Origin: Eledone cirrhosa
Lineage: Eukaryota
DNA: 64,000 bases
Assembly: GCA_964016885.1 (NCBI GenBank)
Contig: OZ024741.1
Coordinates: 367,722,001-367,786,000 of the forward strand
Direction of reading: 5' to 3'
Positions 37,586 to 50,600 of the stretch are shown here, in pieces; the first letter of the stretch is position 1, and every line of letters begins with the position of its first letter. Both the position numbers and the translations under genes were made by a program. The notes beneath the pieces are model-generated. The model saw only the letters and a list, made by a program, of their open reading frames with translations. It was not told the DNA's origin and did no database searches.

Positions 37586-39430
37586 CTGCTACAAGGGTAA
37601 AGGAGATGCCCTAGATAGGGGTAACTATAGAGGCATTAAATTAATCGACCAGGTCATGAAGGTCACAGAAAAAGTAATACCGCAACTAATCAGAGAACAA
37701 ATTGATCTAGATGAAATGCAGTTCGGGTTTGGGTCAGGTAAAAGTACCCCAGACGCTCTTTTCATTGTACAACTACAGAAGTACCTAGCTAAAAGTAAAC
37801 CCCTATACTTAGCTTTTGTTGACTTGGAGAAAGCCTTTGACAGAGTCCACCGCTCCATTATCTGGTGGGCTCTTAGAAAACTAGGTGTTGATGAATGGCT
37901 TGTGAGGGCTATACAAGCCATGTATAAAGAAACAGTCAGCAAGGTTAGAATTAACAACGAATATAGTGAAGAGTTTAGCATAAAAGTTGGTGTTCATCGG
38001 GGCTCCGTTCTTAGCCCCCTACTATTTATTATTGCCCTTCAGGCTATAACAGAGGAGTTCAAGACTGGCTGCCCATGGGAACTCCTATATGCAGATGATC
38101 TAACGCTCATAGCTGAATCAATGGCTGAACTAGAGAAGAAATTCCAAACATGGAAGCATGGCCTAGAATCAAAAGGCCTTAAAGTTAACTTGTCTAAGAC
38201 TAAAGTTCTAGTTTGTAGGAAGGAAAATAGGGCACCGGTCCCATCTGGGAAATGGCCATGCTCAGTGTGTAGGAAAGGAGTAGGGAGAAACTCCCTTTTA
38301 TGTCCCAAATGCAAAGTATGGGTGCATAAAAGATGGATGTAGTGGGATCACAGGTAAGCTAACTAAGAATATAGATTTTATATGTGGCCGGTGCTCTGGT
38401 GCAATAAGTAGCAGCAAGTGCCCAGAGAATACTAGCTCATTCCATTGCACATATGGTTCTATAGAAATAGTGGACACCTTCCTTTACCTGGGTGACAAAA
38501 TCAGCAGTGGGGGAGGGTGCTCTGAAAGTATAGTAGCTAGAGTCAGAACGGTATGGCAAAAGTTCAGAGAGCTTATACCACTATTGGCCGCTAAAGGGTT
38601 CTCTCTAAAAATGAAAGGCAGGCTGTATGATGCCTGCATACGAACAGCAATGTTACATGGCAGTGAGACCTGGGCATTGTGTGCAGAGGATATACGCAGA
38701 CTGGAAAGAAACGAAGCTTGCATGCTCCGCTGGATGTGTAATAGTAATATACGTGAACGACAAAGCATAAACGAACTAAGGGAGAAATTAGGAATAAGAG
38801 GGATCAGATGTTGTTTACTCGAGAGAAGACTACGTTGGTACGGTTACGTGATGCGCATGAAAGACGACAGCTGTATAAAAAAGTGCAGGGCGATAAAAAT
38901 AGATGGTAGCCACGGAGTAGGCAGATCCAGAAAAACCTGGGACGACTTGATAAATTCCGACCTCACACACTTACACCTCTCCAAGACAATGTCAGTGGAC
39001 CAAGATCTTTGGCGCTACACAGTTATACAGAAGACCCGCCTTGCCTAAGTACAAAGCGAAACCTACAGTCAGTAGGTACCTCTAACAAAATACACCCCCG
39101 TCCCACTACCTCAACCCCATCCACACCACCCCCTTAAATGTGAAGTTATGTTCGTACCACAACATCCAGTCTGAAACAAATGAGGTCGTGTAGGTGTCAC
39201 GACAAAAAACACACAGTCCACGCTGTAATGTGGCCATGTAGGTAACACGGTAAACACCTCCCAGTTCACACTGTAAATGTGGTTGGTGTCAGGAAGGGCA
39301 TCCAGCCGTAGAAAACCCGCCAGACAGTCCTATACGAGCAGGACAACCAATCATGCCTCAAGTGGGAAAAACTCCTGTCCAAACCCATGCAAGCGTGGAA
39401 GATGGACGCTAAACGATGATGATGATGATA
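37582..39430 (+). mobile_element. 5'-truncated RTE LINE (ORFs 37656-38342 and 38470-39048)
   Basis: FVDLEKAFDRV, LLYADD, WPCSVCRKGVGRNS, RRLRWYG; frameshifts; (GAT)n tail. Confidence 0.92.
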
Positions 39431-39875
39431 TATATATATATATATATTTAATACAATAACAGAGATAGTTTAAAGCTAAACTCTGACTGGTAACCATCTC
39501 ACTCAACAAACATTAGGTTATATTAAAATATAAACCCAATTTAAGTGTTTGGGGTGCTAACAATATGTATAATGTGGAAAAACCAGTTGTATTATTTTAT
39601 GAGATATAATTAAAGTTAAAGTATATCTCTCTTTCCAAACAATTGTTTCATTATAAGTTTTCTACAAGTTTGGGAGAATGTTTCCAGTTTATGTAGAAGC
39701 CTAATATATATTCATGTAAGAATATATTTAGGTGGGCACTTATAAATCATCAGTGGAAGCCCATTAAACATTGATATAAGAAAACAGTTTCTTACCGCTG
39801 TAAAAAATCATGTCCGTAAAGTTGCTCTCTCTCGCCTCGAATGACCGCCAAATTTGAAATTCCAGGAGTTTTTGA

Positions 39876-39967
<92 letters not shown>

Positions 39968-39971
39968 ATAT

Positions 39972-40003
<32 letters not shown>

Positions 40004-40030
40004 ATATTATATATATATATATTATATATA

Positions 40031-40138
<108 letters not shown>

Positions 40139-40140
40139 AT

Positions 40141-40173
<33 letters not shown>

Positions 40174-40439
40174 AGTGGAGGCATGTGGTAAGGGTGTTGG
40201 ATATACGATCATAATGCTGTGGGTTCAATTTCCAGGTTGCGTGTTGTTTTTGAGCAAAACACTTCATTTTAAGTTGCTCCAGTATACTCAGCTGAAAATG
40301 AGTACCAGCAATAGCTAGGGGTTTAACCCTACAATGGACTGGTGTCCTGTACAGGGCAAGTTTTGTACTCTCAATCGCTTCACAGCATGAAACCGGGATA
40401 AGCACCGGCCAAATGAGCCTTCTGGCTTAAGACAGACTT

Positions 40440-41090
40440 TAGATCGAAATGCAATTCTCGCTAAATTTATATTTGTATTAATCTCCCAAGTCAAGCGATT
40501 AACCAGTTAATTTTCTTTGGCTTTTTAGTTAACTCTATTGACTGATTAATCGCTTAAGTTTATTTTAAAAACAACTCGGTCGAGAGCTAAATTCGTTTTG
40601 TGCTGTTTTTGCAAATGTTTGCAATAACTACACATGCTGAATTCACTGGCCAAAATAGGGGTTTCCTCCCCTTAGGACCTCACATGTGCTTTCATAACCT
40701 GTGAGATTCTGGCGCACGAAGAGCAAAATGCCTGTTGAGAAAGCAATGCCTTGTTCGATCATTATACCAAAAGCTTATTTTTTATAAGCAGACAGTATTA
40801 TTGATTTAGGTGTTGCAGAAACCCAAATATCGGAGTATTCCATCTTCCCCGAGGGTCCGGGTAACTATTTCAATCATATCTTATTTTGTTTGACCCATTT
40901 AGCTTGTTTGCTTTTTTGGCTAAGGTAGTTAATGGCTTCTTAACCATTGTCTCAGTTTGTATGAACATTTTAACTTATGTTTATAGCTCTGGTATCTTCA
41001 TATCCATGGAGCACTTGTCTGCACAATACAGAAGTTGCTTTTCACCAATTTCTACCCGCGAAATGGGATTCTCGCTAAATTTATATTTCA
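40440..41090 (-). repeat. Degenerate repeat, possibly PLE-derived (similar to 55690-55885)
   Basis: Visible similarity between 40870-41085 and 55690-55885. The KINWFN..W..N.NINLA remnant only weakly resembles the PLE linker. Confidence 0.3.
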
Positions 41091-41509
41091 TCATCATCAT
41101 CATCATCACCGTTTTACGTCCGTTCTTCCACGCTAGCATGGGTTGGACGGAAAAAGAGCCATCTCGCGAATATATATATATATATATAAAATGTAATCTG
41201 AGTTTTTTTAATATTAATAATAACATTCAATTTGTTTGCAATTATGCAAACAAGCCTCAATTTTATAGCCATGTCAGTAGAATGAACTCTTCATTTTTGC
41301 TCTATAAGTATGAATTTTCATAAGACTTTCGTAGTGGTTTCTGTGGCCTAGCGGTAGGTACAAGAGATGGTGGAGATCCTGGCATTGGATTCAATCCTGG
41401 CCAAGAGGCACATATAAGCTTTTTCAGTTTTTATTTTACATCCCATATATGTATATATATATACATATATATGTATATACACATGAATGACTCATTATAT
41501 ATATATATA

Positions 41510-42776
41510 CAGAGTGGGGCATAATTCCTGTTACAAAGTTTAAACCAATTTAAAAATACATTATGTTGCTAATATAACTAATATATTTGTATCAAATCCA
41601 TGCACTATAACCATATTAACTATTTTTCAGAACATTACGCCATTAACAATTTGCAATGTCCATAGAATTGAAAAGAAAGTTCATAATAGAGAAGCATGAA
41701 AAAGGCCTGACTCCACCCGAGATATTTAAACTGGGGAAAACTCTTAAGATCAATAGAATGTTGATCAAAAGGACAATCGATCGATTTAAGGAAACTTCAT
41801 CGACCAAAGACAGACCTCGATCCGGACGCCCTCGCACCTCAAGAACACCAAATCTCGTTAAAAGTGTGAGGGAAAAAATAAGGTGTAATCCAAGAAGGTC
41901 CATGAGAAAAATGGTAGAAGAAGCAGGAACATCGCCGAGAACTATACGGAGGATATGTCGAGATGATCTGGGGATGTCACCCTATAAGTTCCAAAAGAAG
42001 CAACTTCTTTCTGCAGCCACAATTGAAAAGAGGCTCTCCAGAAGTAAACTGTTATTGAACCGTATCAAGGATGGCACGCTGCAAAACATCCTCTTTACAG
42101 ATGAGAAGTTATTCACTGTGCAGCAGTCTCACAATCATCAAAATGATGGAGTACTTGCAAAAAGTCTCAAATCAATTCCTTCAAGTGTAGGAAAAGTATT
42201 CAGAACACAGAAACGAGCATCAGTGATGGTTTGGGCAGCCATTTCTGAAAGAGGGAAGTCTCCTCTGATTTTTGTGCCTCAAGGAGTTAAAATTAACAAA
42301 GAACTTTACATAAAGGATATTTTGGAAAGAGCATTGATGTCATGGTGCACATCTGTTTATGGCGATGACATTTGTACTCTCCAACAAGATGGTGTAGAGA
42401 CCATTGTCCTGCATGGATCAGTAAGGAAGAGTGGCCTCCCACATCACCAGATCTCAACCCTCTCGATTTTTTTTTTATGGTCAATTCTTGAGAGTGAATC
42501 CTGCTCTACTCCTAGCCAAAATATTGAAACTCTAAAATCAAAACTGAATAAAGTATGGGGGAAAATACCCATGGAAACTGTTCGTACAGCCATCGAAGAC
42601 TTTCCTAGAAGACTTCGAGCGGTAGTGAGAGCTAGAGGAAAGCATTTCGAACAAATTTTTGTGCAGTTGTTTAATAGTATATTACTTACTATCTGTTGAA
42701 GTCAGATCTTGAAATAAATGTTTATTTCAAGAACTATTTGCATTTTATTTTGTAACAGTTTTTATGCCCCACCCTG
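41510..42776 (+). mobile_element. Tc1/mariner (maT/DD37D-like) transposon, defective (ORF 41656-42699)
   Basis: ~28-bp TIRs CAG(A/G)GTGGGGCATAA...CTGTTACAAA with TA flanks. GRPRT, LFTDEKLF and QQDG are in frame; WPPTSPDLNPLDF is out of frame after a small deletion. Confidence 0.93.
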
Positions 42777-42784
42777 TATATACA

Positions 42785-43430
42785 ACAACTATTTTCAAAA
42801 GTACACAGTGACTGATCGGCCTAATTTGCATATTAGCAAACTGGCTGATCAGTCAGATCTGCATATTAGCAGATCCACTGATCAGCCAGATTTGCATATC
42901 AGCAGACTGGCCAGTCAGTTTCTTGTATACGAGTGATAAATGGCCGGCTTTGCCAAATTAAAAAAAAAAAGAAAATTTTCGCTCAACATGGCTGAATACA
43001 AAAAGTTTTTGAATATTAATAATAACATTCCATTCGTTTGCAATTATGCAAACATGCCTCAATTTTATAGCCATGTCAATAGAATGAACCCTTGACTGAT
43101 CAGCCAGTCTGCTAATATGCAAATCAGGCCGATCAGTAACTGTGTATTTTTGAAAATAGCATATATTTTTCCCTAGCTCTGATAGTTTGGCAGGTGAAAA
43201 GTGAACTGTACTGATGAAGGGTGATATCCAGAAACATTAGTGTCTGCAGTTCTGTTCACATGCCAACACAAGAACAAGAATGAAGGGTTCATTCTACTGA
43301 CATGACTATAAAATTGAGGCTTGTTTGCATAATTGCAAACAAATCGAATGTTATTAATATTCGAAAAACTCAGATTACATTTTTTGTATTCAGCTATGTA
43401 GAGCGAAAATTTTCTTTTTTTTTATAATTA
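42785..43430. repeat. PLE-like terminal repeat unit (43093-43425) preceded by inverted copies of both its ends
   Basis: 42790-42852 is inverted versus 43093-43158, and 42962-43090 is inverted versus 43285-43425. The same family occurs at 24040-24470 and 41187-41295. Confidence 0.7.
43203..43252 (+). ncRNA. Type I hammerhead ribozyme
   Basis: Stem I GAACTGTA/TGCAGTTC, CTGATGA (43211-43217), stem II GGGT-gat-ATCC, GAAA (43231-43234), short stem III and a GTC cleavage triplet ending at 43244. Confidence 0.72.
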
Positions 43431-43851
43431 AATGGAATAGAATGAAACGAAATTTCATTTCTCACTCTTAGTACGGCACTTACTTAAATGTAAGTATGTA
43501 TGTATACGTACATACATATATGTATACAGACGTACAGTAGTATGTATATATATATACATACATGCACACATATATATATATGCACGTATCGGTTTACCGA
43601 ACATTTATTATAATGCTCGGTTTATTTGTTTGTAAACAAACAAACAGCCCAAATTACGCCGTACAGTGTTTAGGCAACCACGTCACCTTTTTGTTCAACA
43701 CTGACACAGGAACGATGTACTAGTTTCAAACTTATTAGCTATCGTCAGCATCGTATACCTTCCTGCCAGATGGTTGAACGTCTGAAAGTATATACTTTGC
43801 TTATGCATATTAACGGCTGAGCAGCCTAATTTGCATATCGAGTGAGTTCAG

Positions 43852-43894
<43 letters not shown>

Positions 43895-43898
<4 letters not shown>

Positions 43899-44985
43899 CA
43901 AGAAAACAGAATCCAGATCTCCTCAGGGAAATGGACTTGCTCAGTATGTAGGAAAGGTGTAGGTAGGAACTCCATCCCTCTGCGCCAAATGCAAACAATG
44001 GGTTCACAAGAGATGTAGTGGGATCTCAGGAAGCTTAGCTAAGATTAGAGGCTTTACATGCAGCAGCTGCACTGGGATAACAAGCAGCAAATGGCTGCAG
44101 GAAACAAGCACCACCAAACTCTGGGAAGGCTCTGTAGAAACAGTAGACAGCTTTTGCTACCTAGGAGACCGAATTAGCAGTGGAGGTGGGTGTTTGGAAA
44201 GTACAGTAGCCAGGGTTAGAATGGGATGGAAGAAGTTCAGGGAGCTACTGCCACTGCTAGTTGCAAAAGGCTTTTCCTTCAAAATGAAAGGCAGACTGTA
44301 TGATGCGTGCATACCAACAGCAATGTTACATGGTAGTGAGACCTGGGCGTTGTGTGGAGAAGACTTGTGTGGATTAGAAAGAAACGAAGGTTGCATGCTC
44401 CAATGGATGTCTAATAGTAATATACGCGAACGGCAAAGCATAAACGAATTGAGAGAGAAGACTGAGCATAAGAGGAGTCAAATGTAGTGTGCAGCAGAGG
44501 TTGTGTTGATATGGACATGTGATGCATATGAAGGATGACAGCTGCATAAAAAGGTGCAGAGCACAAGAAGTCGATGGAAGCTGTGGAGTGGGGAGACCCA
44601 AGAAGACCTGGGATGAGGTGATAAAAGCCAACCTTACTCAATTGCACGTCTCAAAGGCGATGACGCAGGACCGTGACCTCTGGCATCACGCAATAATACA
44701 GAAGACCCGACTTCCCATGGGTACAAGCCGAAGCTAAAGCATATTGACAATATGCCCCACCCCTCCTACTGCAAAGTGGTTGTGGAGGTGCCACGGCAAA
44801 AAAGCACCCAGCACTCACTGTAAATGAGGTTGATATTAGGAAGGGCATCCAGCTGTAGAAATCACGCCAAATTCAGTTCCCGTATGAGCAAGACAAGGTC
44901 AGCTGACCGGCCACTGCCCACAACAGGACAACCCGTCTAACCCATGCTAGCGTGGAAGAATGGACGTAAAACGGTGATGATGATA
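43895..44985 (+). mobile_element. Degenerate 3' fragment of the same RTE family as 47925-51044
   Basis: ARVRMGWKKFRELLPLL..MLHGSETW; same 3'UTR and (GAT)n tail. Confidence 0.9.
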
Positions 44986-45019
44986 TACTCGCATATATAT
45001 ATATACATAATCATTTATA

Positions 45020-45290
45020 TCTATATACTACAAAAAATCTGTGATTGTGTGTGTAATTTAATACATCCAAAACGGCGCATAATGGGTAAATACTTGAAAG
45101 GAAGTTTACCCTAAAATGGTGCAGGTTCCTGAGATACGGTAACTTCATAAATAGAGAGAGGAAGAGATATTGGTTGTGAGAGAGTAGATTGAAAGAGAGA
45201 CATAGAGAGAGAGAGAAAGAAAATGGAAGAGAGAGAGAGAGAGCTAGTGGTGTTGTTAAATAAAATTATAACAAGTGACTTCAAAGGATC
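45020..45290 (+). mobile_element. Non-autonomous Helitron 5' end (second copy from 59459)
   Basis: A|TCTATATA(C/T)TA..AAAA.TCTGTGATTG...GGCGCATAATGGG.AAATACTT.GAAAGGAAGTT.ACCCT occurs in both copies. A candidate 3' hairpin plus CTAG|T lies at 51672-51702. Confidence 0.55.
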
Positions 45291-45298
45291 GAATACAG

Positions 45299-46985
45299 CA
45301 CAGGTTCTCAACCCATTTAGGCCAAATGCTCCTTTTGTCCCTTGAAATCACGAAACGCCCCCCTACCCTATCTTTTCATTTTTCAATATACTACTGATTT
45401 TGATATCAGTAGATTACTAAAAAATTGATTAACAATATTCGAAAGATACCATTGCAGGCAGCTGAGAGTATAAATACATAAATGTTCTTTTTTATGAATA
45501 AGGACCAGTTGAATTTGTTATATTCCCACCAGGCGATACCAGCTATTTTGACATTTATACAAGAGCAACTCTGTCTATCCCACGAGTGCTCTTATCTGGA
45601 AGAAAGTGGCAATTATATCATTTAAAGCTTTCCAATGTTCCCTTTAATGAAACGGACAGGATAAATGTTGATATCTAACTTGATGTCCCCTCTGCTTTGT
45701 GAGCTTAGAGACCACGGAAGAGGGTTTTCATGACCACACTGGAGGGTATATTTATTAATAAATCGTAAAATATATACAACAAATGAGTAATTGAATTGTA
45801 GTAGATGGTTTCCAGTCCAGTCAGACTGCAACTACAAATAAAAAAATTGTTAGTTTGCTTCGTAACAATAGCATATCCAAGTTTTCGGATAAATCAACTT
45901 ACTTTAATTTTGACTCATTTCAATGGGACCCTTGAGCTTCATGGAGTCTAGCTAACTCTTTGACGTGAGGCTCAATTTTCCTAAGATGTAGCCAGAGACC
46001 TCCACATGTAATTATATTGTAGCGGTTGTGAGCCTTACTGTGCAGTCTGGAAACGGCACCAAACCTCCTCTCGACTAAGTATGAGCTTGGAAAAGGCAGA
46101 GCAAATCTCTTAGCCTCTGCATGTAGGTGTGGAAATCAACGCTGAATTTCCTCTTGCATTCCAAAAAGGGGTTCACCTATTTGGGGAAATCTAATTTTGA
46201 TCATGTCATCTGCTTGATGTTCAATGAATTCTTCCTGAAATTTAACGTCCAAATCGTCGACGTTAGCTATGAAGGGATCTGCTATCCACATTGGGATGTC
46301 CATCAGCAAAAAGTCGATAAACCATTCTCTCATGTTGTCGTGTAGCGCACGGAGGTGAGTGGTATAAATTTGGAGTTGGTCATCGCTTACAATGTTTTGA
46401 ACATTGGCGACACTAGGAAAATTATAGAATTCCCGTCAACAAAGATTCCTTTCGATGACATTCAATTTGGCCAGGAATGTTTTCAGAGCATTCCTTGCTT
46501 TAAGCAAGATGATCTTCTTCCTCTGCAAAGCCAAAATGACACTATTGCATTTATCGAAGATGTTGGTGAGGTAGGCACAGTCTTGCCTCACATCGAGGGT
46601 TTTCTTGTACAGTTCTGTGTTGCGTCCTCACAGAAACTCAATGATAGAGTCGAAGAGTTCAAAGAAGTGAGTAAAGCACTTGCCCTTTAAAAACCATCTC
46701 ACTTCAGTATGAAGGAGCAACTTGACGAATTCTTCGTCATTATCTTGGCACAGTTGCCGGAAAATTCGTTCATTGAGGGAATTCCGTTTGATAAAATTTA
46801 TGACATCAATGGCCACCTGCAAGGACTTGCTCAGCGGCTTGCTGAGTTTCTTCGCAGCCAAGTGTTGTCGATGAATGACACAATGAACAGCAAATACAGA
46901 TAGATTTTCTCTCTTCAGAAGAGTGACGAAGCCCTTATGTTGGCCAACCATTGCTCTTGCGTCGTCCGTAGCACATGATACAATG
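45299..46985 (-). mobile_element. hAT (Buster/ZBED8-SCAND3-like) transposon remnant
   Basis: ATDD-RAMVGQHKG, HCVIHRQHL, LLLHTEVRW and FPSSYLVER motifs; terminus CACAGGTTCTCAACC. Confidence 0.85.
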
Positions 46986-47142
46986 TGTGTTGTATGTAGT
47001 CCTAGATGTATGTATTACCTGCTTATGTATTGCATGTGGTCCTAGATGTGTGTGCTACCTCCTTATGTGTTGCATGTGGTCCTAGATGTGTGTATTACTT
47101 GTTTATGTGTTGTATGTGATCCTAGATGTGTGTGCTACCCGC
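46986..47142. repeat. 40-bp tandem repeat, four copies
   Basis: CCTAGATGT at 47001, 47041, 47081 and 47121. Confidence 0.85.
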
Positions 47143-47378
47143 TTTTTCTTTTCTTTTTTTTATTTGTAATATTATTTATACAATAGGGAATAAAATAGAT
47201 CTACATAGTGTTAACTCGTTACGGTTGAGTCAATAATTTCAGACATGAAATACATTGCTATCGGTGAATGAAACATTAGATTCTAACTGGCTGTGCTCAA
47301 AGTGTCCTTGACCCAGTTGACTGTGTTTTTTTCATTTTTAGGATCTCAGACCAGTGTATATAGGTCACAGACACCCAC

Positions 47379-47411
<33 letters not shown>

Positions 47412-47620
47412 CATATAACAAAGGAAGTGTGGTAAGGAACCAGGTGGATCATAATACACCAGAGTACTCAATACTTAGGGTAGAAATGGCCGTCGAAACG
47501 GTTTGAGCTCTGCCGTCAGGGTCTTGAACAATTTCCTATACACATATATATAGATGTGTGTGTATACACACATTATATATATGTGCCTTCCAATTTCATT
47601 TTACATCATATACATGTCTG

Positions 47621-50600
47621 TCATCATCATCATCATCATCACCGTTTTACGTCCGTTCTTCCACGCTAGCATGGGTTAGACGGGTTGTCCTGTTGTGGGC
47701 AGTGTCTGGTCGGCTGACCATGCCTTGCTCATACAGGAACTGATCTGGCTTGATTTCTACAGCTGGATGCCCTTCCTAACACCAACCTCATTTACAGTGA
47801 GTGCTGGGTGCTTTTTCGTGGCGCCTACACGTCCACTTTACAGTGTGGGCTGGGTGCTTTTTTGCCGTGGCACCTCCACGACCACCTTGCGGTGGGGGGA
47901 GTGGGCGCATATTGTTTATATGCTTCAGCATGTACCCATGGGAGGTCGGGTACCCTGTATTACTGCGTGACGCCAGAAGTCACGGTCGTGTGTCATTGAC
48001 TTTGAGAGGTGTAGTTGGGTAAGGTCGGCTTTTATCACCTCATCCCAAGTCATCTTGGGTCTCCCCACTCCGCGGTTTCCATCAACTTCTAGTGCTCTGC
48101 ACCTTTTTATGCAGCTGTCATCCTTCATACGCATCACATGTCCATACCAACGTAACCGCCTCTCCTGCACGCAGCATTTGATTCCTCCTATGCTCAGTCT
48201 CTCTCTCAATTCCTTTATGCTTTGTCGTTCACGTATATTACTGTTACACATCCATTGGAGCATGCAGGCTTCGTTTCTCTCTAATCTACGTAAGTCTTCC
48301 ACCTTCAGCGCCCAGGTCTCACTACCATGCAACATCGCTGTTCGGATACACGCATCATACAGTCTGCCTTTCATTCTGAGGGAGAAGCCTTTTGCAGCTA
48401 GCAGTGGTAGTAGTTCCCTAAACTTCTTCCATCCCGTTCTTACCCTAGTTATTGTACTTTCTGAGCACCCACCTCCGTTGCTAATTCGGTCACCTAGGTA
48501 GCAGAAGCTGTCTACTGTTTCTACAGGGCCCTCCCAGAGATTGGTGGTACTTGTTTCCTGTGGCTGTTTGCTTGCTGCTTCAGCACAGCTGCTGCATGTG
48601 AATCCTACATTCTTAATTAAGCTTCCTGAGATCCCACTACATCTCTTGTGTACCCATTGTTTGCATTTGGGGCAGAGAATGGAGTTCCTACCTACACCTT
48701 TCCTACATACTGAGCAAGGCCATTTCCCTGAGGGGATCTGGGTTCTGTTTTCTCGTCTACTTATAAGGACCTTAGTCTTTGTCATGTTGACTTTGAAGCC
48801 CTTTCTCTCTAGTCCCTGCTTCCAGGTTTGAAATTTATTCTCTAGTTCTACCATAGATTCAGCTATGAGTGCGAGGTCATCAGCATACAGGAGTTCCCAT
48901 GGGCATCCGGTCTTAAACTCCTCCGTTATTGCCTGCAGGACTATGATGAACAGGAGAGGGCTAAGAACAGAGCCCTGGTGGACCCCAACCTGTACGCTAA
49001 ATTCCTCGCTATACTCATTGCTAATCCTAACTTTGCTGACTGCTCCCCTATACATGGCTTGTACCGCTTTCACAAGCCATTCATCTACTCCTAGTTTTCT
49101 AAGAGCCCACCAGATTACTGCACGTGGAACTCTGTCAAAGGCTTTCTCAAGGTCGACAAATGCCAAGTAGAGTGGCTTACTTTTAGCTAGGTACTTTTCC
49201 TGTAATTGCCTCACAAGGAAGAGGGCATCAGTGGTGCCTTTCCCTGGTACAAACCCAAATTGCATCTCGTCTATATTCACCCGGTCCCTAATCAGCTGTG
49301 CTATAACTCTTTCTGTTACTTTCATGACCTGGTCCATCAACTTTATACCTCTATAGTTTCCTCTATCTAGTGCATCGCCTTTACCTTTGTAGCAGTTGAC
49401 AATGAAGCTACTGCACCAATCTTTTGGTATGGCCCCCTCTAGTATTACCTGGTTAACGATACGTGTGGTTATAGTGTGACCTACAGACCCAGATGCCTTC
49501 AGCATCTCGGCAGCTATACCCGATGGACCGGTTGCCTTCCCTATCTTCATATCTCTGATTGCCTTACTTACTACGCTGCCGCTGACTTGTACTGCTGGTC
49601 CCTCTATAGGGTCTACGTGGGGTAGGGTCTCTTCTTCCCATGCATTCTCCTCATTTAGTAATCTATCATAATGACTCTTCCATGCATCTTTCTTCTCAGC
49701 ACTTGTGAGGGCAAGCTCACCTTTATCATTCCGGATACACTTCTCTCCAATGACATCACAACTATCTCTGACACACTGCCTCGCAATCTTGAATACCTCC
49801 TGTTTCTGGTCCTCACGTTGTAAAACATGCTTGAATTTTCTATCCTCTGCTTCCCTCCTAGCTAAGTATACTTGTCGCCTAGCTTCCCTCTTGGTCTCTA
49901 TGTAATGTACCCTGCTCCCCCCGTTCTTCCATTCTTTCCATGCCTGTCTCTTGGCCTTGACTGCTTCATCTACCTTATTGTTCCACCACCAAGTCACTCT
50001 CCTCCTTCTTGAGGTCTTACTCCAGCCACAAACCTCATCCGTCGCCTCTAGTAAGTTATTTTTTAGTAACTCCCAGTTCTCTTCTACGTTAAATGTCTCT
50101 ATCTGTTCTTCTTTACTGTCGTAGGCGTTGAGTAAAATATCTTTAAATCTGTTACTGGTTGAAGGGACTTTCAGCTTCCAGATCTTTCTTCTCCAGGTTG
50201 GCCTCTGTTTCAGGGCTCGTCTAGTTCTGACCGTGAGGTCGCTGACAACTAAGCTATGTTGGGATGTACATTCCTCACTAGGGAAGGCTTTTGTGTTTAC
50301 GACCGTCCATCTGTCACGTCCTCTGATGAGGATAAAATCTAACTGACTAGAGTGCTCCCCTGATCTATAGGTGATCAGGTGGTTGTCGGGTTTTTTAAAG
50401 TTTGTGTTACATATCGACATGTCATTGGCGTCGCAGAATTCTAGAAGTCTGAATCCTTCCTCATTCCTTGTGCCAACTCCATGGCCTCCATGTACTCTAT
50501 TGAAGCCGTCGCAGTGTTTACCTACGTGTCCGTTAAAATCTCCTGCAATGATTAGGAAGTCCTTGTCGTCTGTTAGAGCAGTAGTGTGTATTAGGGACTC

